Source: Trichinella spiralis (taxonomy: Eukaryota). Taken from it: DNA of 64,000 bases. Positions 25,689 to 37,329 of this stretch are shown here, piece after piece. Made by a program: the position numbers and the translations under genes. The number at the start of each line of letters is the position of its first letter. Within the stretch, counting starts at the first letter, position 1. Under the pieces are notes generated by a model. That model saw only the letters and a list, made by a program, of their open reading frames with translations, did no database searches and was not told where the DNA came from. The DNA lies in NCBI RefSeq assembly GCF_000181795.1, contig NW_003526941.1:5730540-5794539 (forward strand). Direction: 5' to 3'.

Positions 25689-26994
25689 TCATTTATAACG
25701 AACGTTAAATAAATTTCGCAAAGCTATCTGGACATATTTCGAAGAAAACATTATACTAAAAGAAAAATGATAAAACATATCATTTAGACAAAAACAATGA
25801 AATACATACCCTTTGAAAAAGTAACAAATTAAACTTCCATAGAAAGGTATGAAAGCTTCTGTTTGTTCGTAAAGTATCGCTTTGAGAATGCCTTGCGATG
25901 TTTCTTCAGGGGTCAACACCGGAATGACGCTTAAAATTTAAATTACTGCAAAGCATTGCATTTTTTAGCATCACTTATTAAACATACTCCGAAGTAACAT
26001 TACAGGAACTGAGTAGATCTGTACGAGTGAAAAATGGATATATTGTAGTGGTTTTAATTTCGCCACCGAAGCCGTGGTCATAGATTTCCCACTCTAGCGA
26101 TTCCATCAATCCTCGAACAGCAAATTTACTGGCACTAAATATGAATAATTCTGCAAACTTCAAAAGAAAATCTTATGTTTATTTAAACCGCCTAACCAAT
26201 ACACTAAAAGTAAAGTAAAATATCGATTTTATCAACAGTGAAAAGAAAGTAACAAGTTTCCAATAACATACCTATAACAACAGGAATATGAATTTCCAAA
26301 ATGACCACCATACGAGGAAACCGCTACAATATGACCCTGACCTCGTTTGAGTATATACGGATAAAATGCTCGTATAGTCTGAATTTAAAGAAAATTACAT
26401 CACATCCCAAATATAAAAATTAGCATAAAAAACTTACCCAAAAGTATCCCAAAACATTAACGTTCATGGTGCGGTAGATTTCAACATCACTGTGATCTTC
26501 CAAAAGTTTAGGAATCAACACACCTGCACTGCAAACCAACACATCCGGGCAGCCCAATTCAGGATTAGTAACAATTGCAGTCGCCACTTGACGCATGCTC
26601 TCCGGGTCTGTCACATCGGCTGTGTAAGCGTATACACAAGCTGAGGTTTCTTGGCGCAATTCCTCGGCAGTTTGCTTATTGGTTGACTAAATCAGAAAAT
26701 TGAATTTCTCATAAACCCTGTTCACGAATTTGCTTATTTACAGTCAATAAATTTTCATTTCTCTTCTATCAAAAATAAAATATTAACCTCATCTAGGTCA
26801 ACGAGAACAATTTTTGCATGCAAATGTGCAAGCAAAAGTGCAAGCCCTTTGCCAATTCCACGCGCTGCTCCAGTAATGACAATAACCTTGTCGGTGACCG
26901 ACTTTGGCTTTTTGAAGAAACATTCCAAAATTGACCAAGTGTAACCAAAGCAACATTGCAAAAGTGCAAGCCCAATTCGAACCAACAGAATCAT
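25689..26994 (-). CDS. Short-chain dehydrogenase/reductase (SDR16C / 17beta-HSD11-13 / RDH10-like)
   Basis: N-terminal hydrophobic segment, VITGAARGIG Rossmann motif, catalytic YSASK split across an intron, and SKFAVRGLMESL. Confidence 0.9.
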
Positions 26995-28093
26995 CTACTA
27001 GAAACAGGAAATTTAAAAAAATGGCAAATCAAAAGAAATACACAGTGCTAACTTTACAATACTTTTCATTTGAACAAATTAATATCGTTTTTATAAATAA
27101 GACGATCAAAATCACTTTCATTTACATCATCATTTCATCATCATCACTATCATTTCATAAATAATCAAATGTAATTTTATTAACATTTAAAACATGGAAA
27201 ATTGCCTAAATAATTTGTGACAAGAACGTTTTCTATGCAAAAAATAAACAGTCCTATAATATATAAAATAAAATAAAACATTAACATACAATGAATCATC
27301 ATAATTGCAAATAACAGTCACCGCTTCGTTTATAATAAAAAAATGATTACACTTAAATTACGAAACAGGCAAAAAAATAATTTTTTAGACTATATTATCA
27401 TAATAATTTAATAATCTACAGTTGAGAAAAGTTTCATACCTGTAAAGACAGTAAAATACAGCTTTCACAAAATACAGTAAATCAATCCGAAAGTACCATT
27501 TCTTGATGAAATGAAAGTATACTTGTGCGCAGCATATGATTATGAAAGTAATTTAAATATAATGATTATCTATTAGCATTTGTTCACCTTTAACGCTTTG
27601 GTAATTTTTGTCTACTATTTGCTTTTGAATTTTACTTATTTTTGCATAATGTTTTTAATTTTTAAGAATCAAGTAAAAAATTATATTTGGGGAAATTTTA
27701 TAAGCACCTTAATTGCACTAAATAATTGCAACAATCTCTAGAACAATTAAATATCTGAAGAATAAATATATTTTGTTGCAGTTAAAATTATTTATTATAA
27801 ATTATAAATAGAATTTACATATGCAATAATAAATGGATGCGACGGTTAATAATAATATTTGAAATCGGTAATAATTTAAGCCAACGTCCTAACTTTGCAA
27901 ATATGGCGTACTGTACTTCTGTTTTTTGCACCGATCTAAAGTATTGAAATACTGCTAGATGTAAACTGTTTTGAGAAAAAAGCATGAATATTAAATCTCA
28001 TTGAGCACTTAACAAAAACTCTGGCATGAATAAAGTGTTATAAAATACTAGACCATCAATTAATTAATTATACTATCCGTTCTGCTGGTGATC

Positions 28094-29806
28094 ATGCAAA
28101 AAGCATCCAAAGCAAAAGAACCTTCTAGTACATGGTATGCTGATATTCCGTCCAAGCTTATTACATGGCTTCCTTCAGATTTATTTTCTAATTTTTGGAA
28201 TAATCGGAAAAAGGAAACTGAAAAATGTAAAATAGTTTCTTCTTTAGTTTATAGTTTTCATAACTGATGTAAATTTAGCTAGCGAATGGATAGAAGGTAA
28301 TCGACGCCATTCAGATTCACTTGATCTTCAACATTTTGGCAATGTGGAAGGTTTAATTCCTACCGGAAAACGAAACCCTGGTGCTGGTCATGCTTTCGTA
28401 GAGGTTCAACTGACTCACTTGACTTGGTGTGATAAATGTGGCGATTTTATTTGGAGTCTTTTCAGGCAAGCCATCCGATGTGAAAGTATGTGCTTTTGAG
28501 CTTTGTTTATTTTTTATTTTGAAATTTAATTTCCAGTAAATTTTGCATGAAATATGTTTTTAATTATTGTTGTCTGATTTGCAGTTTGTCATTACACTTG
28601 TCATTACAAATGTCGTAGTTTGGTCACTTTGGACTGTCGATCAGTGTCGGACAGTTTATCATCGAAGTCTACTGAATTGACTTTACTTTCCAATTCTGGT
28701 GTCAGTTTCGATGCGAAATGCTCAACTGATCATCTTTATGATGAAGTAAGTTCAGCAATTGTTTGTTTTGCAACTGTTTTTGATAATCAGGTTTGTAGGT
28801 GTTAAATTTGGACGAAGAAGATCAGTATGAAGAATGTTATGAAGGGCCAGTTAGTCTACATGAATTATCAGAATACAAATTATCAGCAACAGGTCCAAAT
28901 CTACTGGATTTGATAGTTAATTACAATGAAAAAGCTGGTGGATTGACCATGACACTTGTAAGTTTAGAAGCTGAAAATAAAATTTAAAAATGCATAAATA
29001 TCTATTTAACTGATTCAGATGAAAGAACCATATTTTTTTATTCAGGATGATAATGCAACAACTTATCGGGGTTTTATTAAAATTTTGATCAACTTTACTC
29101 GTCCTGTGAACACCGTCGACATTCTTAATCAGCCGTCCTGCTATGATATTACTATGGATGGGGATGTGATGATCAGTGGTGGTTCCTCTAAACGCCTTAC
29201 TTTGACTTCATTTTATTTGCCACGTAACTGCGTGAAAACGTTGCACATATCAAGCGATACAACTACCCAAGAGATGATAGTGTCAATGTTGAAGAAGTTT
29301 CACATTGTGGATAATCCAAGAAAATTTGCATTTTACGAACGAGATTTGCAATCTGGCAAGACTCTTCAAGGTTTGAATCATTACAATTTTTTGTGATATA
29401 TTTAAATTTGGTTTTTTGTTATTTGTATTTGTAGCTAAATTGCGCAGAATTCCCGATGACGCGTGTCCATTAGAAATTGCATTGTTGTGGGGGCCGTTGA
29501 CTAACAAACGATTCGTCCTTCAGGAAAATGAAACTGGTGAAATTATGGTAAAATGATCGATATTGTTTTGCTATTTTAATATTTTTTGAACTAATTTTTA
29601 GTTGTTTTTCTTTTTGATTTTTTTAGTGGGATTCGTTTGAAATTCCCGAGTTGAATAATTTTTTAAAAATTTTGGAAATTGAAGAAAACCAATACGTTGA
29701 CCAAATTCGAGAATATTATGGAAACTATCGCTTGCACTTGCAGCGGGAAATTCAGAAACGTGAAGAGATGCAGTGTGTCGACGCATCAGATGGAATATTG
29801 GTATGA
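28094..29806 (+). CDS. Ras-association domain family protein (RASSF1/5-like; C1, RA and SARAH domains)
   Basis: C1 finger GHAF...TWCDKCGDFIW...IRCE|.CHYTCHYKC; RA domain TYRGFIKI...TSFYLPRNCVKTLHISSDTTTQEMIVSMLKKFHIVDNPRKFAFYE; SARAH FVLQENETGEIM|WDSFEIPELNNFLKILEIEE. Confidence 0.92.
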
Positions 29807-31955
29807 ATTTGAATTTTACATCTGTAGAGAAGAATGCTGTTATGTAAGCAATGAGAATAATTACGGACGAATAATGTTGATCTGTACGAATTCTCATATG
29901 CTTTAATAAATAATGTTAAATACAAGCAGCACTCAGATTTTCGAAATGTATTGCTTTCTTTCCTGTTTCTATGCAGTATGAATTTCTCGTTTTCTAAAGT
30001 TCTGATTTAGCTCTAAAAATAAAGCATTCTTTGTTTGATACTTTAAAATGCGTATAGAGTTTATTTGATGAACAATAACTGGAATTTTAATTTGCAAGCC
30101 TGCTGACGTAAGCAAGATACAAACAAATACTTTTCATTCGAGACAGCTTTTTCTTCCACGTATTTCTTTTTTAGAAGTTTCTAAGTATTACGTTTGCGAT
30201 AATTTGAACAGAGAAATCATTTTCATCCAAATATTGATGAATCGCTAAATTTTAATTTTTGTCAAACTTAAAAATAATTTACATACAATGGTTTAAAAAC
30301 TGTATAAGATTGTTTTAAAATATTTTATAATAAACAAAAATTTTTTAGTTGGTTGAGATATTTGCTAGACATAAAATTCGTCAGTGTCATTTTAACAATA
30401 ATAGTACGTTTATTTTGCAATTAATGACTTCTACTTTGTATAATATTTGTTTAGAATTCAGAGTTCTTCATTTATATTGTTTCTGTATAATTCACAAGCG
30501 GTGTTCAAATTTCACCGTTCTAGTCCAAATTTGTAGAACAGTTTGAACCGTGAAACTGTCAAATGCCGCAGGTTATACTATGGTATTAAAAGTTTTCCCT
30601 GCATAAATGTACTCGCATTAATACAACAACTAGAAGCAGTTCAGAATAGTTGCACTAAGTTACACCCACTCAGTGCATAAAAAATTGCATTATTTATAGT
30701 TCAAATCACATAAAATTATTTCTACAGAAGATGCAATGTATATCGTAATTATGAAAATAAGGTACAAATAAACGAATTTTTAACTGTATTTTTTAAAACA
30801 TTAAAAAAAATATTTTTTGATTATTATGCATAAACAGTCTTTTTTAAGCAAATTATTATTTTTGATAAGTCAGCCTTAAAAATAAAATAATTTAAATGCA
30901 CGATATTTGGTGCAATGGGTTTCTTGTCATCTTTCTTGAAAAATATAGTGATAGTTTTGTCTTTTTAAGAGTAAATATGTATTTTGTTTAAAAAATTTTA
31001 TTTTTTTAAAAATTATGTGCTATTTTGAGAGAACGTCGAAAATGTGGTTTGCAACTACATTTTTAGTAAAAGCAAATATTTGACAAGCGATCACGATAGA
31101 GAAAAACTAACGCTAGCCGCTTGGTAGCAAATTGTGTATGCGCAATTGCTACTTAAACTGCGAATAGGTAAGATGTGATTCATTTTGAAACTTGTTCCTC
31201 AGTGCTAATGTATAAATATTATTTGGTGGACAATAATTTTTATAATTGTTGCTGCTTTCAGTTTTGAAGAACTGTTGTAAACACATCATTTACCATGTAA
31301 GTGATCAATTGTCAGAAATTTGAAATGAAAATGAAAACTAGCGTTTGTTTTAGGTCAGGGATAATCACTGACTGCAGTTGTCGGTGTACAGTATCAGTCA
31401 GTTAATTTTTTTGTTGTTTTCTAAACGTGCCCAATATTTTTTTTGAAGTTTCTTATTGTAAACATTACCGTCCTAATAGCGTATTTTATTCATCTTCAGT
31501 GATTTGTTCGCGCTTGCTTGGGCGTGGCCTGATCTGTCAAGGTTTAAGGCGGGCCATTTCACAATAACTGGATGCAGACGTTTTATTAAATTGCCAAAAG
31601 CGAAAACAAACCTAATAGGTGTTCACTTTCAAGATTTAGACTGTAAAGATAGATTGATTGAGTGTAACATTTGAACAAATGCATGCTATTGGTGAACGTG
31701 AAGTGAAGTAAAATTGTAAAATTCACCAACAACGACCATACTTTAAAATACTGAATTGTATTGAATTCGACAAGTGAAACGAAGAAAATTTGTTTGTTAA
31801 ATTTAAAATTTAAATGAATAAAATGAATAAATAAATGGATGGTCATGAACAGTTAGTCAACTAGTTGTTCAGTCGAGTTGATAGAACTTATTTTCGACAA
31901 CTTTGAGTGATATAGAAAAGACCGAATCAAAATAGATTATGTTAATTTGTTGAAA

Positions 31956-33485
31956 ATGATATCGTCGAAAAGTGAAAATGAAATTGTAAAGGCATATTCT
32001 TGTGAAATTGGATCTTCTTCTCAAACTGATGGAAAAATGCAAATGCCTACAGTACGACTGGCGTTGACTGTTCTTGCGGTCGGTTTTGGTACAAGTTTCC
32101 AATATTATTCCAATGCGGTAGTGAACAATGCAGTGGACGTTTCAAAACGGTGGATTAATACCACGAGAATCAATGATGGTCAGTCGGCTTTGGATGAAAG
32201 CAGTTTTGTCAGAGCGTGGTCATTGGCGACGACGTTACTTCAATTGGGTGCTGTGATGAGTTCATTTGTCACTCAAGCAGCGGCTGAATGTCTTGGCCGT
32301 AGAAAAAGTTTAATGGTAACAAGCTGCATATCCGCCTTGGCCGCTCTGTTAACTGTTTGGTCGATTCTGTGGAGTAATTATGAAGCTTTTCTAATTGGTC
32401 GTTTTGTTTACGGCTTGGGTTTGGGTTGTGGAGTGGGCTTGGCGTCGTTATTTCTATGTGAAATCGCACCCTCGTCTTTACGTGGTACATGTTGTGCCGT
32501 ACAGCAGTTGTTCGTTGGCTTAGGTAATTTGACCGCTCTGCTTGTTACCGTTCCTCAACTGTTGGGTAACGAGCGTTTATTGTGGCTTGCATTCGGCTTG
32601 CCACTATTTCCGAGCTTGATTCAACTGCTAGTTTTGAGCTTGAGCCATGATTCACCACGGCATTTATTGCTCAGTCGTGGAGATGAGCCAGCTGCCAGTC
32701 GAGCTGCCCGTTTTTATCTAGGCTCGTCAGCAGCATGTGGTTCTGAACTGATCCAATTGGAAGTAATCCAACGGGTGAGCATGGGCGAGCTGTTTCGAAA
32801 CATCCAATGCAGACGGATGCTGTTGATCGCGTTAGCGGTTACATTTGGTATACAGTTCAGTGGTATTGGTCCCATAATGGTTTTCTCGAAAACAATGTTA
32901 ACCGACGCTGGAGTGGACGATTTTACGTCTAGGTGGGCCACTGTCGGTTTGGGGTTTTGCAATTTCTTGGCTCCGCTACCGGCAATGGCGATGATGCAGC
33001 GCGTTGGACGTCGACCAATGCTGTTGTCCGGCTTCACTGTATGTGCGTTTTGTTTGACCACTATTTCCGTGCTTGTCCATTTTGCTAATCACTATGCAAG
33101 CAAAACTGTGCTTCTGGCTGCCGTCCCTTGCCTGTATGTGTATCAAATTGGTTTTTCTTTGGCAGCTAGTGTTGGTTGGACTTTTCCCGCTGAATTGTTC
33201 TCTCAGCGTCATCGATCAGCAGCGTTGACAGTTGTCTGTTTTTTTCTGTGGACATTTCAAGCTATCGCTGTTTATACGTATCTTCCAGTGAAAGAACGAT
33301 TCGGTGTTGCAAAAAGCTTTCTACCATATATTTGTTCTTTATTGTTTGATGCCTTTTTACTGTACAGGTACATGCCTGAAACTAGGTGTCGATCTTTGGA
33401 AGCAAATGTAACGGTGGAAAAACTTCCATTGGTTAATGATCATTGCAAAAGCAGTTCTGAAAATAATCTCTTCCAATCTGCATAA
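31956..33485 (+). CDS. MFS sugar-porter (GLUT/SLC2A-like) transporter, single-exon CDS
   Basis: ~509-aa uninterrupted ORF with multiple TM segments and sugar-porter motifs LGRRK, FLIGRF, EIAPSSLRG, DSPR, QFSGI, VGRRP, AELFSQRHR and PETR. First ATG at 31956. Confidence 0.93.
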   Translation: MISSKSENEIVKAYSCEIGSSSQTDGKMQMPTVRLALTVLAVGFGTSFQYYSNAVVNNAVDVSKRWINTTRINDGQSALDESSFVRAWSLATTLLQLGAVMSSFVTQAAAECLGRRKSLMVTSCISALAALLTVWSILWSNYEAFLIGRFVYGLGLGCGVGLASLFLCEIAPSSLRGTCCAVQQLFVGLGNLTALLVTVPQLLGNERLLWLAFGLPLFPSLIQLLVLSLSHDSPRHLLLSRGDEPAASRAARFYLGSSAACGSELIQLEVIQRVSMGELFRNIQCRRMLLIALAVTFGIQFSGIGPIMVFSKTMLTDAGVDDFTSRWATVGLGFCNFLAPLPAMAMMQRVGRRPMLLSGFTVCAFCLTTISVLVHFANHYASKTVLLAAVPCLYVYQIGFSLAASVGWTFPAELFSQRHRSAALTVVCFFLWTFQAIAVYTYLPVKERFGVAKSFLPYICSLLFDAFLLYRYMPETRCRSLEANVTVEKLPLVNDHCKSSSENNLFQSA

Positions 33486-34328
33486 ATGTGGCAGTGCATT
33501 CAATGGACACGTGCTAATTTATTGCAAATGAACATCTCGATATGCTTATTCTGACAGTACAGTAAAAAGTCTTTTTGTTATAAGAAATGAAAATTCTGCT
33601 TGTTTGCAAAAAGCTTTTGGTTGAATCATTTTATTGTATTGTTTTGATATACTTTGATGCCATAATTTTTTGACAGAAATTCATTCTGTTACAAAGAAAA
33701 TCTCTATCAATAAATTAATATTTGAATTTTCATTTATTGTTTTATTTAAATCAATAATTCTGTTTGAAATCACACTGATTCATTTTAAAATATGCTTACT
33801 ACAGTGCTAATTTTTACCTGCTTACCAATAAAAGTACAGTACTTTAAAAGAATGCTACTTGTTCTTCTTATTATGATGGTTTACTATTTATTTTTATGCA
33901 ATAATGTAATACAATTCAATACAATACAATATAAAGTTATATTATGTATGAAATATCATGATAATAATAATTTTATTTGAATTAAAGATTAGTATTTTAT
34001 TATACTGCATATACAACAGATTATATCTGCTTACGATAGCATGTAGCTAAAATATAATTATAAATAATTGCAATTTATATTAAAAATAAATTTTATTCTT
34101 GATAAATCCTATATTTATACTTATTTAGAAATTTTTATTGTTTGGCCACATCTCAAAAATCTACAGTAAATGTAAAGTTATGATCAAGTTGAATACCCTG
34201 GGCAATAAACCTTCTGACGCAATGACATACTTTGTATATTTTGTCGGTGTTGACGGTTGTGGCTGTTCAATTGAGCACTATCACTTTTAGGTGTGATCAA
34301 ATTATCACTGTCAATTTTCTTATTACAA

Positions 34329-37081
34329 ATGGAACACCCCGTTGAAGCTGAAATTAACGCTGAAGACCATTATGTCGCATACAATTCTAGGTACTCATTA
34401 GAATGTGGACAAGATGATGTTGATACTTTTTTGTTTACATCTGAAAGCGTTGGAATTGGTCATCCAGGTAAATAATTTTTGAATTTTATCGAATCAGTTT
34501 CAATAGTATCTGAATTTGAATCTGAAAATTACTTTCTTTTATTAAGATTCACTGATGATGAATTATATTTTGTTAGTGATGAGCTTAGTTTTCTTTATGT
34601 TTGTAGTGTAAATTAATGTTACTTTTCAGTAATTTTAAATGTTTAGATTTTGTTTTCTCAGTAGTCCCTTTTTGATGTTTTTTAATTTGATAAGTTGATT
34701 TTGTTTAGTTCAGTAATGTTGCTTAATTAACGGATATTTTAAGTTCAAAGTATGAAGTTAATATTTTGTCTTCTTATTAAGCTTTCACATATCTAGTGAA
34801 AACAACGGTTGATTCTTCATGTGAATACTTAGTCTGTTTTTATCATTGTAATTACTTATTTTACTTCCGCATTTTAGCTAGTAGTTACTGTTCGTAAAGT
34901 TCACTGAACTTAGCGGAAGTTACTAATTCTCTGCCTTCTGTGACATCTTTTATTTTGTACATATGCTTGTATAATTGTAATGTAATTAATAATTTCTTTA
35001 GTTCCTTAATTTAATAATTGTATATAAAGAGAAATTTAGAGTTGAAGTCAAAGCATTTCATTATAGATAAACTGTGTGACCAAGTAAGCGATGCTGTTCT
35101 CGATGCCCATTTGACCGTTGATCCGAACGCTAAAGTAGCATGCGGTATCGTATCTTTTAAAAGAATTTTAAATATTATTTCAGCTTTCTACGCGTGCTTG
35201 CACGCGCATTAACCTTAACATCGTTGCTTTCACTTTGTTATAGGCACGCCGATCAGCGTGACTATGACAACAGACATACCCGTTAATGTTACTTTATTAC
35301 AGAAACGGTAACAAAAACGGGCATGATCATGTTGCTTGGAGAAATTTCAAGCACTGCGACTGTAGATTACCATAAGATTGTTAGGCGTGTGGTTAAGAAA
35401 ATTGGCTTTGACGATAGTTCGAAAGGTGTGTTAAATTATTTTTGGCTGTAGGCAGTGCGGCAGGTTTTCGCGCCGATATGCCTTTGGGCCTTGTCTGTTT
35501 GATTTCAGTTTTTTATTCTATTATCAACATGTGAAAGGGACTTCGAAATATTTGTGTAGGATTTGATTATAAAACATGCAATGTTTTGGTTGCACTCGAA
35601 CAGCAATCTCCAGAAATTTCGGCAGGTGTGCATTTGAATCGCGATGATGAACATCTTGGTGCAGGAGATCAGGTATGTTAAGCAGAATAGTGGTCAACTT
35701 TTTTTATTCGGCATTTGTTTTGAAAATAAAATGGGAACATTTATTATTTAATTGCAGATTTTTATGAGATTGAGCCTTTTAGTGTTTAGGGAAATTAGTT
35801 TTGTAATTTATCTCTCTTTGAAATGAATAGAATATTTAAACAAATGCATTCTTTGACCACGAAATCTGGTATACTGTAGATTATACATGCAGGTACGAAT
35901 TCCGATATTAGAAAATATCGTATTCTATAGTTTGGATATTGGTAATTGGCTTTAGCAATTTTACCACTTATCTGGTATGCCATTGTGATGAATATGTTCA
36001 TTAATACATTCTTAGGGGGAATTTGTGGTTTCAAATTCTAGTTTTATATTTAGGGGTTAATGTTTGGCTACGCAACTGATGAAACAGAAGAGTGCATGCC
36101 TCTCTCGCTGGCTTTGGCTCATAAGATGAATAATCTTTACCGAACTTTACGCGAACGAAAAATTCTCTGGTGGGCACGTCCCGACTCTAAAAGCCAAGTT
36201 TGTAGAGATATTAATTATTGCATTTTAAATTTATTTATATTTACAATTGAATTAGGTTACTGTGGAGTATAAATTTGATCGAGGTGCTTGCATTCCACAG
36301 CGCATACATTCTGTCATCATGTCATGTCAGCATCATCAGGATATCTCGATCGAAGAGCTTCGTAGTCAAGTCATGGAGTTTATTATAAGGCCTGTAATTC
36401 CGCAGAAGTATTTGGATGACAGAACGATTTATCACTTGAATCCTTGCGGAAGCTTTGTTTTGGGCGGTCCACTTGGTGATGCTGGGTTGACCGGGCGAAA
36501 AATTATTGTAGACACGTATGGTGGTTGGGGTGCTCATGGTGGAGGTGCATTTTCCGGCAAAGATGCAAGCAAAGTGGATCGATCGGCCGCATATGCTGCT
36601 CGATGGATCGCAAAGTCGCTCGTTAAAGCTGGTTTGTGTAAACGATGTTTGGTACAGGTAAGAATTTGCAGAGCATGTATTGTGTATGATTTTTTAAAAC
36701 AAACTTTTAAAAACAGATTTCATACGCTATTGGAATCGCTGAACCTGTCAGTGTGACGATTTTTTCTTACGGTACATCATCTTTATCTGAACGAGATCTG
36801 CTTGAAGTTGTTGACAAAAATTTCGATTTGAGACCTGGCAAAATAATCAAGTATGACGAAAGTAATTTTAGAAAGTGTTGAAAATGATGAAATTTAGGGA
36901 ATTGAATTTGCGACGTCCTATATATGAGAAAACAGCTGAAAATGGGCATTTCGGACATGATGAATTTCCATGGGAAAAGCCGAAAAAGTTGATTTTACCA
37001 CCACATCTTGTAGAAAAGGTCCAACACTCGGAGAACATTATTACAGTTAATGAGGAATGCCTGAATGGTATGAACGCTTAG
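34329..37081 (+). CDS. sams: S-adenosylmethionine synthetase (MAT), multi-exon
   Basis: [85 protein letters not shown] and GHFG. Exon 1 34329-34467, exon 2 35067-35144, exon 3 35303-35425, exon 4 35560-35672, exon 5 from 36054. Confidence 0.98.
35287..35313 (+). promoter_or_regulatory. METT-10/METTL16-type m6A hairpin at the SAM synthetase intron 2 3' splice site
   Basis: tgttac (35287-35292) pairs with gtaaca (35308-35313), enclosing TACAGAAAC (35298-35306), whose AG (35301-35302) is the in-frame acceptor. Confidence 0.85.
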
Positions 37082-37329
37082 CTTGAAGAAGCTTAATATT
37101 ATAATCTTCGCATAATAAGATTAGCAAGAGTAATTTATATTGTTGTTTGAAGTGATTATTGGTGACAGTGTGATTGGTAAAGGTGGATGATGTATTTATT
37201 GTTAAGTGATTAAAATGAATAAAAAACTAGGAAATTTCCACGCCACTGTGTTCGTTCTAGTCACTGTTCAGACAGTGACGTGCAAGCATGCGTAACTCGA
37301 AGTATTCACTTTGCAAATGACAAATATAT

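Noticed and set aside
34545..34910. Box C/D snoRNA in SAM synthetase intron 1
   Set aside because: TGATGA motifs are present, but the next downstream CTGA is ~330 nt away and there is no terminal stem.
37082..37260. Vertebrate MAT2A-type METTL16 hairpins in the 3' UTR
   Set aside because: No UACAGARAA motif in the 3' UTR; the motif is at the intron 2 acceptor instead.
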